NCBI GenBank assembly: GCA_963782115.1
Contig: CAWAIK010000001.1
Location: 320,001-384,000, forward strand
Length of the DNA stretch: 64,000 nt
Reading direction: 5' to 3'
Source: an uncultured Verrucomicrobiae bacterium
GTDB taxonomy: Bacteria; Verrucomicrobiota; Verrucomicrobiia; Chthoniobacterales; JAFAMB01
The translations under genes were made by a program, and so were the position numbers. Shown here one piece after another: positions 1-11,555 of the stretch. Position 1 is the first letter of the stretch. Every line of letters starts with the position of its first letter. Below the pieces are notes generated by a model. That model had not been told where the DNA came from, searched no databases, and worked only from the letters and a program-made list of their open reading frames with translations.

Positions 1-249
1 CGCAATCAAATCCGGTCCGACAATTCTCGTGAAGAGCATCACAAAGAACCTTACCTTTGTCGCGCACCATGGCCTGTGGGACCGGCAGATCGACGTCTAC
101 CTGGCTGGCGGATTGATAAACTGGAAAAAAGGTCGGTTATGACGATTCATATTTGAATTATTACCGCTGCAGTCTCCCCGTGTCGTCTGGACCTCCGAGA
201 GGTCTGTCGCGATTCATTTGTGATCTCTCCCCTGTTTTAGTGTTGTCTG

Positions 250-702
250 TTAGCTACGGCGGTCCCGGTGATGGTAGCCAAAATGATTGCCTGTCACTAT
301 CGGCTTGCCGCACTCTTCGCAGGTTGCATCGCATTCTTGCATCTGTTCCGCGATAGTCTCGCCGCATTCTTCGGCTTGCTTTTGCATAGCTTCCAATGCT
401 GCCTTGGGTGAAATCGAGCTGCTGTCTATGTCGAACACCAGTGCAAATTCACAATATAACTTATTCGCATATACCGCCCCTGCGACAAATCCCGTCTCTC
501 CGGCTATGGACCCTTGTATAGATACTGGAAACGCATCCTGCTGCTCTCCTAACTCTGCGACCCTACGATAGATCTTCTCGTTCGTTTCGTTAACCAGCCT
601 GATTAATCCCATTTCCTGAGCCGCTTCCCTGGCATCACGCGAACCTCCAAGAAACTTACGGAGTCGAACAGGTCTTCTACGTTGCTGCTGTTTCAGGTTC
701 AT
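250..702 (-). CDS. Hypothetical protein with Cys-rich C-terminus (CDATCEECGK, possible zinc ribbon)
   Basis: 150-aa ORF with ATG start, AAGGA RBS-like sequence and AT-rich upstream region; no family recognised. Confidence 0.5.
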   Translation of the reverse strand: MNLKQQQRRRPVRLRKFLGGSRDAREAAQEMGLIRLVNETNEKIYRRVAELGEQQDAFPVSIQGSIAGETGFVAGAVYANKLYCEFALVFDIDSSSISPKAALEAMQKQAEECGETIAEQMQECDATCEECGKPIVTGNHFGYHHRDRRS

Positions 703-1636
703 TGTCCTTTTACTTTTTGTTTCCTTAAAGAGGCACTAACAGGGTTTTTGCGGTTGTCCAGAGGTTATTGCATATATGGAAATTTTACCTGAATATAGTG
801 GATCGGAGATTGCCTGCCGGAAGTCAGCGCAAGTCCCTGCAAACCGGCGAGATCCGTAAGTTGATCGTGCGGTCAAGCGCCCATATCTGAGTCATACGGG
901 TCGAGCGAGCAACGCGGAAAACAGCCAATGGCCCCGTGTGCTTTCGCCGCTCGATCAAAATTTGGCGAAGCGTTGCAGGTCTCGAAACCGTTGCTGAAAT
1001 CGCCGCCGCCGTGCGCGTGCCTGCCCCGGCCCTGAGGGTTGCGATGAAAATGGCCCGGCGGCTGCGTTGCGGGAGATTCAAGAACCGGGATTTTGAGGCA
1101 TTTACAATTAGCTGGCTGCCTCACGATTTCGATACTAATCCGCATCTGTGCGTTTTCGATGGCGTCGGAAGCCGCGTTGATCCGAAAAGGAACAAATGTC
1201 CTATCCGGTAACTAAAGGAGCGTGATGATGGCAAGTTGCACGGTGGAATGAATATTAATATTTTAATTTTGTCATTCGCGCAATTCGCGGGCGCTCATTG
1301 GTCAGCTGTCTTTACCGACGCTTCCACGGCGATCTGTCTCTGAGCAAATTCCGTTTGCGCTCGCGCTGACAACTGTCCGTCCGTCCAGAGGAGTATTCCC
1401 TTTATGTCCCGTCCGCGTTGATTCGGATCTGCGAATTTTTCTGCCACCTTACTGACCGACTCGGTCCATTGCAGATATCCAGGGATAAGGGCACTATCAA
1501 CGTGCCGTTCTCGTCCAGAAGACAGAGGACACCTTCCACCGTTTGGAATTCGTGATGGCCAGAACGCAATATTTGCTCCTGCTTACAGATCCTGAAAGGA
1601 ATCTGGAATACGCACCTGCAGTCGTCTTTCGCCCAG

Positions 1637-3409
1637 TCATTGGTTGGTTCGCGCAAACTCCAATTGCGGTGAGAATTTTTGTTCGCGGGTGAGGCTTTGC
1701 CGGGTCTTCCTGGTTGTCTTTTTCGATCTGGGACTTCCGAGCTGCCGAAGAAGAATCTGTCGCATCTCCTCGACGGCCCTGGGATGGTTCATCGCGCCGT
1801 GGTCCGTCGGAACAATCAGCTCGGACTGTGCGGTATTAAGATGCGAGCTCCAATAAGGGACAACGCCATCCGAACTGTTCGGTGTATCGCCCCGCCCGCG
1901 ATCCCCGATAATAGAATTGTGGGGCGCTTGGAGTGGAAGTTTGTCGAGGGCCAGGAGCAGCGGGTTCTTTGGGGACAGCCCGGCAATGCTGTTGGGTGCA
2001 CGAAATTTCTTGGGATCGTTGTCCGGTGTCAGCGCTGCGATCGCCGCCCTCGGGATCGCGTTCACGACTTTAAGTGGCAAACGAATCAGGCGCATGCCAA
2101 GCGCCCCGATGCTGCCAGTTGATAGAGTGCTTCCACGGTGCGGTGTGGCCACGAAGATGACCCGCTTGACCTCCGGATTGGCGGAAAAGATCAGTGCTTG
2201 CTTAAGAACCGAATCTTGTGGCTGAGACGCATAGACCCGATCGGCTTTGGGACCAAAGATGCCATCCCAGAGCACTCGACCGGTGTTCGTCACCTGCAAG
2301 CGGGACAGAATGCCGCCCATGCTGTGCCCGATCAGGATCACCTGATTGAAGTGATAAGTCTGTTCCGCGTAAGCGAGATCCTGCCTGAGAAGCAGCGCGG
2401 AGTAGGCGATCGGATTCCCAGTGGAATAGGAAAAAACCCAGAACTGGTAACGGCGTCGAATCTCGGGGTCGACACTCAACGAATTTGCCACATTGCGCCA
2501 GGCGTAGGCCGAAGAGAGAAGACCATGGACAAAGATCACTGGAATTTTCTCAGGGTCGTAGGGCTGCAGGAGCAACAATCCTGCTGATCCGCGCATGTGC
2601 TCGCCGCGGATCATATTCATAAATCCGATCCAGATTTCATTGATTCGCCCGTACGAAGCTTCTGCGGCAGTGTAATCGGCCGCCAGCGGGTAAGATTTTC
2701 CGTTCAAAACCACCTGGTCGATCTTGGTCGGGTCCAGTAGTCTGAGACGTACTGCGCCAGAGCCCGAGCGGTCAAAGTCAAGAACCGCGGTGACAGTCGC
2801 GCGGATGCCTTTGAGCGGTTCCAGCCGAGGGGGAGCAGTGCCGACGCCCGAACTGTGGCGAATACCAACAGTGGGCCCGCCGAGCCCGGCGCGGATCACA
2901 TTGTCGCGCATCCCTTTTTTGTCGACCCGGTCGGCCACGAGAATCTTCTGAAAATAGTTGGCACGATATTCGCCTGGTCTTTCAGACTCCAATTGCAGCC
3001 GATTCATTTGACCGGATCCCGGATCTTTCAATGAGAGGGTCCCGGAATTTTGCTCTTGTCGGATCAACGATGGCAGGTCCGCCGCGAGATCTGCGGTGGC
3101 GCGGTTGTAGAGCGCCAGGGCGGAGGATTTCTCCGCCTCGGTGTCATGGCCGGGGCTCAACTGTTCGTCTGCGATTTTTGCAATGGCAAGAAACTCTCCT
3201 GCCTGTCCGTCGACATTTGAACTTTGTTTCTCGGCTTGCGCCAAGCGGCGTTCTGCCGCCACCAGCGATGGTGCGGTGCTTTGCTTCTCCACGTGGACGC
3301 AGGCGACCAGGGTAAGAGAAATCCAAATGGGGAAGGCTAATGCTGCCCGCGACAGGCCGAATCTGGTTAAGGGTATCGTCCGATGTTGGGGAACGGCGCG
3401 AAGGCGCAT
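1637..3409 (-). CDS. Secreted/lipoprotein alpha/beta hydrolase (esterase/lipase-like)
   Basis: VIFVHGL, nucleophile motif GHSMGG, ATPHRGS, DGVVP and C-terminal H; lipobox-like LVAC. Confidence 0.85.
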   Translation of the reverse strand: MRLRAVPQHRTIPLTRFGLSRAALAFPIWISLTLVACVHVEKQSTAPSLVAAERRLAQAEKQSSNVDGQAGEFLAIAKIADEQLSPGHDTEAEKSSALALYNRATADLAADLPSLIRQEQNSGTLSLKDPGSGQMNRLQLESERPGEYRANYFQKILVADRVDKKGMRDNVIRAGLGGPTVGIRHSSGVGTAPPRLEPLKGIRATVTAVLDFDRSGSGAVRLRLLDPTKIDQVVLNGKSYPLAADYTAAEASYGRINEIWIGFMNMIRGEHMRGSAGLLLLQPYDPEKIPVIFVHGLLSSAYAWRNVANSLSVDPEIRRRYQFWVFSYSTGNPIAYSALLLRQDLAYAEQTYHFNQVILIGHSMGGILSRLQVTNTGRVLWDGIFGPKADRVYASQPQDSVLKQALIFSANPEVKRVIFVATPHRGSTLSTGSIGALGMRLIRLPLKVVNAIPRAAIAALTPDNDPKKFRAPNSIAGLSPKNPLLLALDKLPLQAPHNSIIGDRGRGDTPNSSDGVVPYWSSHLNTAQSELIVPTDHGAMNHPRAVEEMRQILLRQLGSPRSKKTTRKTRQSLTREQKFSPQLEFARTNQ

Positions 3410-3514
3410 GATTGTTTTTTATCACGATGACCCCACCGGGCAAGAATTTACGAGTTTACTTTCAGCCGCCAAAAGCGGCGGATCGACCCGTGCCGATCCG
3501 GCCAGTTCCCGCAA

Positions 3515-3821
3515 TTGATAATGCTCATGAACACCGTCCTCGCACTTACACAGCTTGTATTCATCACCTTAGGTACAATCTTTTTAAAGGGCATGGTGAA
3601 AGCAAATGGAGACATTACGCCATCACTGTACTTTCAGTTTCTTGATAAGAATTGGCTTTGGTTTTTTCTTTCTTCCCTTTGCTTCGATAGCGTATACTCA
3701 GGTCTCCTATCAGATTAATAAATGTCCATTTACTCCGACCATTGCTGGCGTTGTTGGGATAGTTCTTTCAGGAATCTGCGTCATTTTCTTTGTGAGTGTG
3801 ATCTTTTTTCCATCTGCATAG
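3515..3821 (+). pseudogene. Small membrane protein, frameshifted
   Basis: Two overlapping hydrophobic ORFs (3515-3718, 3606-3821) switch frame at a T-run near 3662-3680. Confidence 0.35.
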
Positions 3822-4229
3822 AATTCTCATCTCCTAGATATTCCTCGAAGACCGCCCGTTAGCTTGTTGCACCTGTTAGATTCTTCGCGTTGGAATCACT
3901 ATGGACTAAGTAAGAAGCTTGAGACCGGCTGGCGATTCCCGGAACGCACGCGCCCTGAGCGGACCCTTCATCATCTGTTTTGTACCAAGATTCGGATTCC
4001 GGTCCCGATTGCCCCTGTCGCGGTTCGTAAGCGAGCTTTTGGGCCTCGATCGCCTCGACGCAATGAAACCGGGCTGCTTCCGGTGGGCGACATTCGCAAT
4101 CTCAGGAAAACGACCGATCGCTACGGCCAAGTCGAGTATGAGAAGACGCAGCTCGAACGGACATTGTCGGAACATGGTGAGGAACAACTGCTCGAGAGTT
4201 GGGCGTCGAAGAAGATGGAGGAGACGATT

Positions 4230-6356
4230 TTATGAAGGGATCGGTACAGTCACTACGATGCTCGTTCCGCGGCTGGGGGCAGTGTAGATGTCTAGTTTTC
4301 CGCCGATCTGAGCGGATCTCGCCCGCATATTACCCAATCCGAAGCCTTCATTTTTGTCCAGGGGAACTCTAGAGATCCCAGAACCATTGTCTTTCACTTG
4401 AAGAACGAGGTTTGGTGCGTCCCATAGAAGACTCACCGCAATCAAAGTTGGATTGGCATGGCGCACGGCGTTGTGGATCGCCTCCTGGGCGATGCGTAAC
4501 AGCTCATGTTGCACTCTGGGCGGCAAGCTTTTCTCGGGTATGCTGTCGGACCGGAAGTCACAACGCAACCGGTCGGCCACACTGGAGCGCTCCACCAAAC
4601 CTTGAATCGCTAGGGCCAATCCTGATTCCTGAGCGATGCTTAAACTCAAATTGTGGGCGGAAGAGCGTGCTTCAACCAACCCAAGGTTCGCCAACTCAAT
4701 GGCTCGTTGAATGCGGCGGAGGGGATCGCCTTCTTTTGAAGATAGTTCCTCCTTGGCAACTCCCAGTTGCATGCAGATTGCAGTAAAATTTTGCGCTAAC
4801 CCATCGTGAATCTCGCCAGCCAGCCGATTTCGCTCTTCCAGAACTGCAGATTGCCTGGCGGCCTTCGCTAATCGCGTGACCTGAATTGCGAGTGCTGCCT
4901 GGCTTTCGAGGGCCCGAGCTATTTCGATCTCCTCTGGACGAAATTCTCGGTCCTCCGTGAACCGAAATGTCAAGCTACCTATCAACTGGGTACCTAAGTT
5001 TAACGGAATGATTAGCAGGGTCTTTACGCCGAGCCCAAGCAGATAAGCCCGATGGGCATCAGGGATCGGTGTAGTTTGGTTCAGCAGGTGCATCACGGCT
5101 GCCGGTTGCTTCAACAGGCCAAGCTGTCGCTCATCAAGCGGAATAGATCGCAACCCTTCCGGATATTTCGCCTCCGCGGGAGTCATCACGCGATCGTCTT
5201 GAAAAATAAGGTCCAGTGTCAAACAGTTCGTTTCGAAGGTGCGCAATCGCAAAACCGACGACGCCGCACCCAGCTGCCGTGTGATGGCGGCCATCACCTG
5301 CCCTAGGAGCTCATCCAATTCGGGCACCGAGGCAAGAGCATCCAGGCATCCACGCAGTGCTTCGTTCGCTTTCGCCAGTTCGATCGTGCGCTGCTGCGCG
5401 AACAGCTTCCGCTCGCGTGCAAGGGCCGCTTGCATTTCCTCCGGCGTTACTGTCGGAACAGACTTCCGTCGCGGTCTGTGCAAGACCAGGATGGCTCCAA
5501 TCTCACGTTTATTATCGACGACAAGCTCAGTACCAACGTTCGGTACCACCTGGCTCAACCGGGCCGGCCAAGCCGCGAATGAGACCTCGTTGAGGCAAGA
5601 AATACGGCCGTCACAGATCAAGCCTTCGTTGCGTCGTCCTACCGCCTGCAGCGCAGCGTTGGTGGCATACACAATCGTGCCATGCCGGTCGATCGCCACG
5701 ATATCCTCGGTCAGCCAATGTGAACGCTTGGTAAGGAAATAACGCAGCAGCCGCTCATGGTCGTCCTTGATCGACTGAGCGAACATACTCTCTATCTGCT
5801 GTGCCACTGCGCCTGCAAATGCCAGGCTCTGTGGGTTGAAGGTTGTGGCCGGGCCGGAGATATCGAGAATCCCGAGCAACTCGCGGTGGGTGGGGTGCCA
5901 GATCGGAGTGGCCGCACACGTCCATCGTTGGACTTCGCTGCAGAAATGCTCGACACCATGGATCTGGACCGGTTGCAACGCGGCAATGGCGGTTCCGATC
6001 GCGTTCGTTCCGATGTCCGCCTCGGCCCAGTGTCCACCCTGCTCGAGGTGTATGATCCGACCGGAATCTGTAGTCCGCGGATCTCCCGCTGTCTCGATAA
6101 TGACTCCAGATGGATCCGTGAGGATGATCATGGAACTCGCTTCGGCGAGGAGGTGCCGCGCCTGCTGTAGGGCTGGTCGAGCTGCCGCGACTAGTGCCGC
6201 GTGCTCGGAGCGACGCTGAACCACGTCCACTTCGGGCGCGAGTGGTGCCTCGCTTCGTTCAATGGGGATGCGGTACCCTTGAGAACGCTCCCACGAAGCG
6301 ACTACGACCCCCGTACCGCCTTCGATGCGGTGCCGTTCTGTATAAACCTTTCCCAA
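4230..6356 (-). CDS. GAF-PAS-GAF sensor histidine kinase (HisKA_3/NarX-type core)
   Basis: AcoR-like GAF (W.E..IGTNAIGTA, EHF...WTC.A.PI); H-box ERNRLAGEIHDGLAQ; N-box EAIHNAVRHA; DNGSG and GFGLGNMR. Confidence 0.9.
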   Translation of the reverse strand: MGKVYTERHRIEGGTGVVVASWERSQGYRIPIERSEAPLAPEVDVVQRRSEHAALVAAARPALQQARHLLAEASSMIILTDPSGVIIETAGDPRTTDSGRIIHLEQGGHWAEADIGTNAIGTAIAALQPVQIHGVEHFCSEVQRWTCAATPIWHPTHRELLGILDISGPATTFNPQSLAFAGAVAQQIESMFAQSIKDDHERLLRYFLTKRSHWLTEDIVAIDRHGTIVYATNAALQAVGRRNEGLICDGRISCLNEVSFAAWPARLSQVVPNVGTELVVDNKREIGAILVLHRPRRKSVPTVTPEEMQAALARERKLFAQQRTIELAKANEALRGCLDALASVPELDELLGQVMAAITRQLGAASSVLRLRTFETNCLTLDLIFQDDRVMTPAEAKYPEGLRSIPLDERQLGLLKQPAAVMHLLNQTTPIPDAHRAYLLGLGVKTLLIIPLNLGTQLIGSLTFRFTEDREFRPEEIEIARALESQAALAIQVTRLAKAARQSAVLEERNRLAGEIHDGLAQNFTAICMQLGVAKEELSSKEGDPLRRIQRAIELANLGLVEARSSAHNLSLSIAQESGLALAIQGLVERSSVADRLRCDFRSDSIPEKSLPPRVQHELLRIAQEAIHNAVRHANPTLIAVSLLWDAPNLVLQVKDNGSGISRVPLDKNEGFGLGNMRARSAQIGGKLDIYTAPSRGTSIVVTVPIPS

Positions 6357-6589
6357 GCCCGCCTAATTTCCCGATTGTCCATCAAGGATCCTCCGAGGAG
6401 GCGATAGAATCACCAAGTCTCGGCCTGATCGCCGTGTTTGATCCATCATGCTATGGAATGTTGGTTACTGAAGGTTGCCGCACGCACTCGCAAACGACAA
6501 TCGGCCGGTGAAACAATCTCGCAGTGTCTAACCATGGTTGATCTTAACATCGGCTGCAAGCTGCGATGTTCTTCGAGCTCAGAACCACA

Positions 6590-6877
6590 TCTTCTGAGTT
6601 CGCTTCACGCAAAATCCGGGTAAATCAGGTTACACCGGGCGCCACTCGAACACCGATCTGGTCCTTAGTAGTGCCCACGTAAGAGGCAATTAGAGAGTTG
6701 GAGCAGCGGGTTAGCCAGGCCATTCCACTCGGCAGGTTCAACGATGCCGATGAAGTCGCAAAAGCTGTTTTGTACCTGGCTTCGGATGACTCGGCCATTG
6801 TTTCGGGGACTGAGATCGTGGTTGACGGAGGAGCCACGGGATCTCCGCTCGGAGCACCTATTTTCCGGCACGGATGA
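6590..6877 (+). pseudogene. SDR oxidoreductase C-terminal fragment
   Basis: Manual translation KIRVNQVTPGATRTPIW...*...IPLGRFNDADEVAKAVLYLASDDS...VVDGG, with an internal stop and no N-terminus. Confidence 0.8.
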
Positions 6878-6920
6878 ACGCTTACCCGCAAAGCACAAAC
6901 GAGTCCAAAAAGGAGAATGA

Positions 6921-7430
<510 letters not shown>

Positions 7431-7479
7431 TAACAGGCTTTGGCAAAGTTGATGTTTCGATGCAATCCGGATTCGCCGG

Positions 7480-7601
7480 CGCAGCCAAGCAGGGCTCTCT
7501 AGGCACTCGTAAACCTGAGCCCGCGTCAAATCAGGAAAGCTCCGCACGACATCATCGACGCTGGAACCGTTGACGATCAAGCCAACCACCATCTTTCTCA
7601 T
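7480..7601 (-). pseudogene. DUF433-family antitoxin-like fragment
   Basis: VVGLIVNGSSVDDVVRSFPDLTRAQVYECL resembles the DUF433 core. Confidence 0.5.
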
Positions 7602-7727
7602 AAAAGATTAAGCCTTTAGACGCACGCGCCCATTAACCGGTTACTGCGATTTTCCGATTTTCTGATCCGAGAAAGCTGCCCGTCCGGCATCACGACGGCC
7701 TGCTCGTGGAGCGCGCGATGTAAGTTC

Positions 7728-7865
7728 TTGGGACACGTGACTAACACCGCAAGAGCAATCGATCCCACGTCCCGAACACTACTGACTGAGCTGCAGGTAC
7801 CCAACGAAACTGGTGAACTCTTTCCGGGCGCCTATGTTCTGACCACCCTGCAAGCCAATGATAAT
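7728..7865 (+). pseudogene. RND efflux periplasmic adaptor fragment
   Basis: GHVTNTARAIDPTSRTLLTELQVPNETGELFPGAYV. Confidence 0.7.
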
Positions 7866-7910
7866 CTTCAATTATCCCGGTATGGAGCCGAGGGATCTGG
7901 AGCAGCATCT

Positions 7911-9497
7911 CTAACGCCGAGCCGGCAGCCTCCCGTAGACCCGAATCAGGTTAAGCAGTTGTTCGCTGACAGAGTCTAACGACTTAATGCTAGTCAGTCT
8001 CCATCGCCAATTGTCTGGGGATAGCACACCTGTAAGATTCATTCGTGCTTCGTTGCCCAGCCCGAGAAGGTCCTGAACCGGAATGAGCGCCCATTTCGCC
8101 ACGGACGACAGGGCTAAGCGAATAAATTCCCAGTGAACGTTTCTTTCTGTCACGGGCATTCCTAAATACTCTTCAACCTCTTTTCTTAACCTAAAATCAA
8201 GATCTCTAAACCATCCCGCCATCGGTTTCAGGTCATGCGTCTCCGTGTAAATCACGGAGTTGGGCAGGCACTTGTACGGCAGATACGGGTGGTCCTTTTG
8301 TCCGTTGAACGCAAGTTGGAGCACACTCATTCCGGGAAGTCCTAGCGATTCCCTTAAGGCGTGTACTTCATCAGTAATGAATCCTAGATCTTCGACAAAC
8401 ACCTCCGCCCTGCCGGCAGATTCTATCATCGCTTCAAAAAAGGCTTTGCCAGGACCCCTGACAAAATACCCATCTCTCGAACCTTTCGAACCTGCCGGAA
8501 TCGCCCAAAAAGACTCAAATCCTCGGAAATGGTCTAATCGAATGGCATCGTAAAGAGCTGCACTTTCCGCGATCCGCATCCTCCACCATTTAAATCCGTC
8601 TTGTTGGTGAACCGACCAGGCATAGGTTGGCGTACCCCAACCCTGCCCTTCCGGTACAAATTCGTCGGGCGGCGCCCCTGCTTCGAGGTTCGTCTTTCCG
8701 GTAATCGGATCTACCTCAAACAGCTGAGGACTCTCCCACAAGTCACAGCTTTCGTGGGCCACGTTGTAAGGAATGTCTCCGGCAATATAAATCCCTTTGC
8801 TGTTCGCATAGTTTTTGAGGCACTTCCATTGCTCGAAGAATACGAACTGCCCAAAGCTAATAAACTGTCTATCTAACTCATTAGGAGAATCCAGCCTGGT
8901 AACATCCTCGCCCCTCTTCCGTTCACCGCAATACACCTTCCCATTAAGAGAGTTCCTCGTGACATAGATGGCATATCCTGGTAACCACTCCTTCGAGTCA
9001 CAAAAACGGCGAAACGCCTCCTGCTCAGCTTCGTCCGCCTTAATCCGGAACCGTTCGAACGCCTGCCTCAGGAGGTTCGCTTTAGCTGTCACCACCTTGG
9101 GAAAATCTACTGCCTCGTTAGGAAGTCTAGGATATTGCTCCAGATCGCCAGGCTCCAAAAACCCCCTCTCCAATAATTTCTCGGGGCTTATCAGTAAATG
9201 ATTAGTAGCGAACGCGGAAATAGGGCTGTACGGGCAGAAATCAGGCCTTTCCAGGACCGGATTGAGCGGTAAAACCGACCACAAAGACTGCCCACTGGCA
9301 CAGAGAAAGTCGACAAACTCATAGGCAGAAGACCCAAGATCTCCAATACCGAAGGGTCCGGGCAGCGACGAAATATGCAGCAAGATGCCGCTTAATCTCT
9401 GCTCGATCAATCGAGTGCGTCGCTCCGTCCGCGCCACCATCGAATGGCTGTTCCGAGACCCCGAATGGTCCACAGTTAGGAATTGGCGTTCCTTCAT
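7911..9497 (-). CDS. malQ: 4-alpha-glucanotransferase (amylomaltase, GH77)
   Basis: SGILLHISSLPG.FGIGDLG, GAPPD.F...GQ.WG.P, RLDHFRG, EDLG, YTETHD; start codon uncertain (ORF open to 9554). Confidence 0.92.
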   Translation of the reverse strand: MKERQFLTVDHSGSRNSHSMVARTERRTRLIEQRLSGILLHISSLPGPFGIGDLGSSAYEFVDFLCASGQSLWSVLPLNPVLERPDFCPYSPISAFATNHLLISPEKLLERGFLEPGDLEQYPRLPNEAVDFPKVVTAKANLLRQAFERFRIKADEAEQEAFRRFCDSKEWLPGYAIYVTRNSLNGKVYCGERKRGEDVTRLDSPNELDRQFISFGQFVFFEQWKCLKNYANSKGIYIAGDIPYNVAHESCDLWESPQLFEVDPITGKTNLEAGAPPDEFVPEGQGWGTPTYAWSVHQQDGFKWWRMRIAESAALYDAIRLDHFRGFESFWAIPAGSKGSRDGYFVRGPGKAFFEAMIESAGRAEVFVEDLGFITDEVHALRESLGLPGMSVLQLAFNGQKDHPYLPYKCLPNSVIYTETHDLKPMAGWFRDLDFRLRKEVEEYLGMPVTERNVHWEFIRLALSSVAKWALIPVQDLLGLGNEARMNLTGVLSPDNWRWRLTSIKSLDSVSEQLLNLIRVYGRLPARR

Positions 9498-10010
9498 ATT
9501 CTCCGTACTTCGAATCCTTAAGGCAGTTTCCGGGCAACACGCGCTGTTCGCCACTAGTAACCGCCGTCGTTTAGTCCAGGTTACTCAATCACATTTTGTT
9601 CACCGGTGCAACGTCGTTGATTTCCAAAGCGACCAAGTCGAAAGCGACTCGGTACGAGCGGCGGGAACTGACACAATTAGCTGTGGATTCGAGTGATAAA
9701 GCGCACTAGATAAGGAAAACCGGTAGATGCAATGTTTGACCGTGGTTGAACCGGACGGAGAGTTCTATTGGCCGAATAAGCGCGTTTTCGGTGCTGCCCA
9801 ACGAGCTTCCGTTGGTCAGGAAAAATCGACAAAGGGGGCATGATTCCGGTGGGATCGGCGTCGAAAGTCCAGATTCGAGTCCGCCTGATGTAGATTACGC
9901 AGTTGTGAGATGTTATGGGACGTTGGGATGGCGATTGGCTCTGGCCAGGGCGGAAGGATAGATAAATATTGCGCTACGGCAAATTCGTAGTAGAGGTACA
10001 GTTCAGCTGA

Positions 10011-10085
10011 TGCCGAACTTCCTGATATGAATGAACTGCTGCTAACAGTTAAAATGACCTCTGCACGCTTGACTAACTCCACCGC
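10011..10085 (+). repeat. ~75-bp direct repeat, copy 1 (copy 2 at 12364-12437)
   Basis: TGCCGAA...TATGAATGA.CTGCTGCT.ACA.TAAAATGACCT.TGCACGCTTGACTAACTC.ACCGC at both loci. Confidence 0.85.
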
Positions 10086-10175
10086 AGGGACCGCCGAGCC
10101 CGTCCGGTGCTACGCCCAGCGGGAGCTAACTACCCATCCATCTCGCTGGTCTGAGGTCGCGGTTGTGCTAGTAGT

Positions 10176-11156
10176 ATGAAAAAGAGACTGTCTGTCGCGT
10201 TAGCACTACAGGAGACACATACTCTTTCCTCTGAGTGGATATGGGGTGATGAGATATTAGCCAGAGGTCTAACTAAGTATCTCAACCAAAGCTACGACTG
10301 CCAACTTGTCGATGGGGCGGACTGCCAGGCATTATCGAACCAGGAAAGGTTCGACGTTGCTATCTATTTTCATCCCTGGCTTGAAGCCAGGATAGCTCGC
10401 TTTAATCTCGTGTGGCTTCAGAGTCCGCGTGAGGGATTTTGGTCGCACCTTACGGACAACCAATGGATTCAGCATTGGTTCGACATGGTTAGCAGCAGAT
10501 TCAATGGCGTTTTATGTGCCAGTAAAGTCCTCACGGATCAGTTCGCTAAGCGCGGTTTACAGGCATATTATTTCCCACAATTCGCTGACACTAATATTTA
10601 TCGTCGTCACGAGCTTGGCGGAACAGGTTCAAGTTTTGATTGTATCCTTGTCGGGAACAACATTAAAGGTGAATCGGTCAACCGGCGGGGGATCTATCCG
10701 ATTGCGGAGTTCTGTATGCGCGAAGGGTTACGTTTCGGATTATTCGGTGCGGGTTGGCGATCTGCAGAAGAGTGGCGGCTGCTGTCGCCTTTTGTTCGCG
10801 GTCCCGTAGCCGCGATGAGGGTACCGGCGTTATATTCTGAAACGAAAGTTGTTTTGAATGTCCATTTTCCCTCGCACCGTCGTTTTGGAATCTTCACTTC
10901 ACGCGTCTATGAAGGTCTGGCATGTGAGGCATTCGTTGTTTCAGACTCGGTACTGGACTCTGGCGAGATACCGAAAACGGCAGCGCTTTGGACTTCAGAG
11001 CCCGACGGGCTAGTCGGCGGAATTGCTCGATGCCTGGAAATGTCACCGGCGAAAGCCGACGAGATCCGTCGCCAAGGGCGAACTCTCGTACAGAACGAGC
11101 ATTCCGCGGCGACTCGGGCGAAAACAGTCGAACGGATTATTTCGTCGCATTCCTGA
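10176..11156 (+). CDS. Glycosyltransferase (CgeB / Glyco_trans_1_2-like)
   Basis: WGD..LARGL, LVGNN, FG.GW, LYSETKVVLNVH, SRVYEGLAC..FVVSD, EHS...RA. Confidence 0.8.
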   Translation: MKKRLSVALALQETHTLSSEWIWGDEILARGLTKYLNQSYDCQLVDGADCQALSNQERFDVAIYFHPWLEARIARFNLVWLQSPREGFWSHLTDNQWIQHWFDMVSSRFNGVLCASKVLTDQFAKRGLQAYYFPQFADTNIYRRHELGGTGSSFDCILVGNNIKGESVNRRGIYPIAEFCMREGLRFGLFGAGWRSAEEWRLLSPFVRGPVAAMRVPALYSETKVVLNVHFPSHRRFGIFTSRVYEGLACEAFVVSDSVLDSGEIPKTAALWTSEPDGLVGGIARCLEMSPAKADEIRRQGRTLVQNEHSAATRAKTVERIISSHS

Positions 11157-11172
11157 AAGAATCATCTCGCGC

Positions 11173-11555
11173 TCAACCCGCGTCCTGGTCCTTGCTGGAA
11201 TCCTCGCCTTTAGTAAAAGACCTTGCCCAAATCGTTTCTCCAACGGTGATCGTTGGAGGGCCATCGTTAGTAATCCAGATTTTGCGCAACCCCTCCGGCG
11301 AATTCAAGAGCGGTGGAGCATAGGCCGAAGGACCCAGTTTCTCAAGATCTAGCTCAATACGCTCGCACCGACCCGGGACATCGATCTCGACCTCGATCCA
11401 CGAAAGGCCGGAATCTTGCAAATCAATGTGAGTTACGGAAGCTCTGATCGGAATCATTTTCTTGACTCTTAGTAATTGAGATTTTTCGCCACTCCTCCGG
11501 CGAATTCAAGGGCGGTCGAGCATAGGCCAAAGGACCCTGTTTTTCAAGATCTAGC
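11173..11555 (-). pseudogene. C-terminal remnant of a repeat-containing protein
   Basis: 87-bp internal repeat (11267-11353 and 11469-11555) encoding LDLEK.GP.AYA.P.LNSPE..RKI.IT; cut at its 5' end by an IS66 remnant. Confidence 0.5.

Noticed and set aside
205..212. TGTCGCGA as another mini-transposon end
   Set aside because: Not followed by the 19-bp site
824..1656. Short overlapping ORFs
   Set aside because: No recognisable motifs and no consistent frame; cannot be supported
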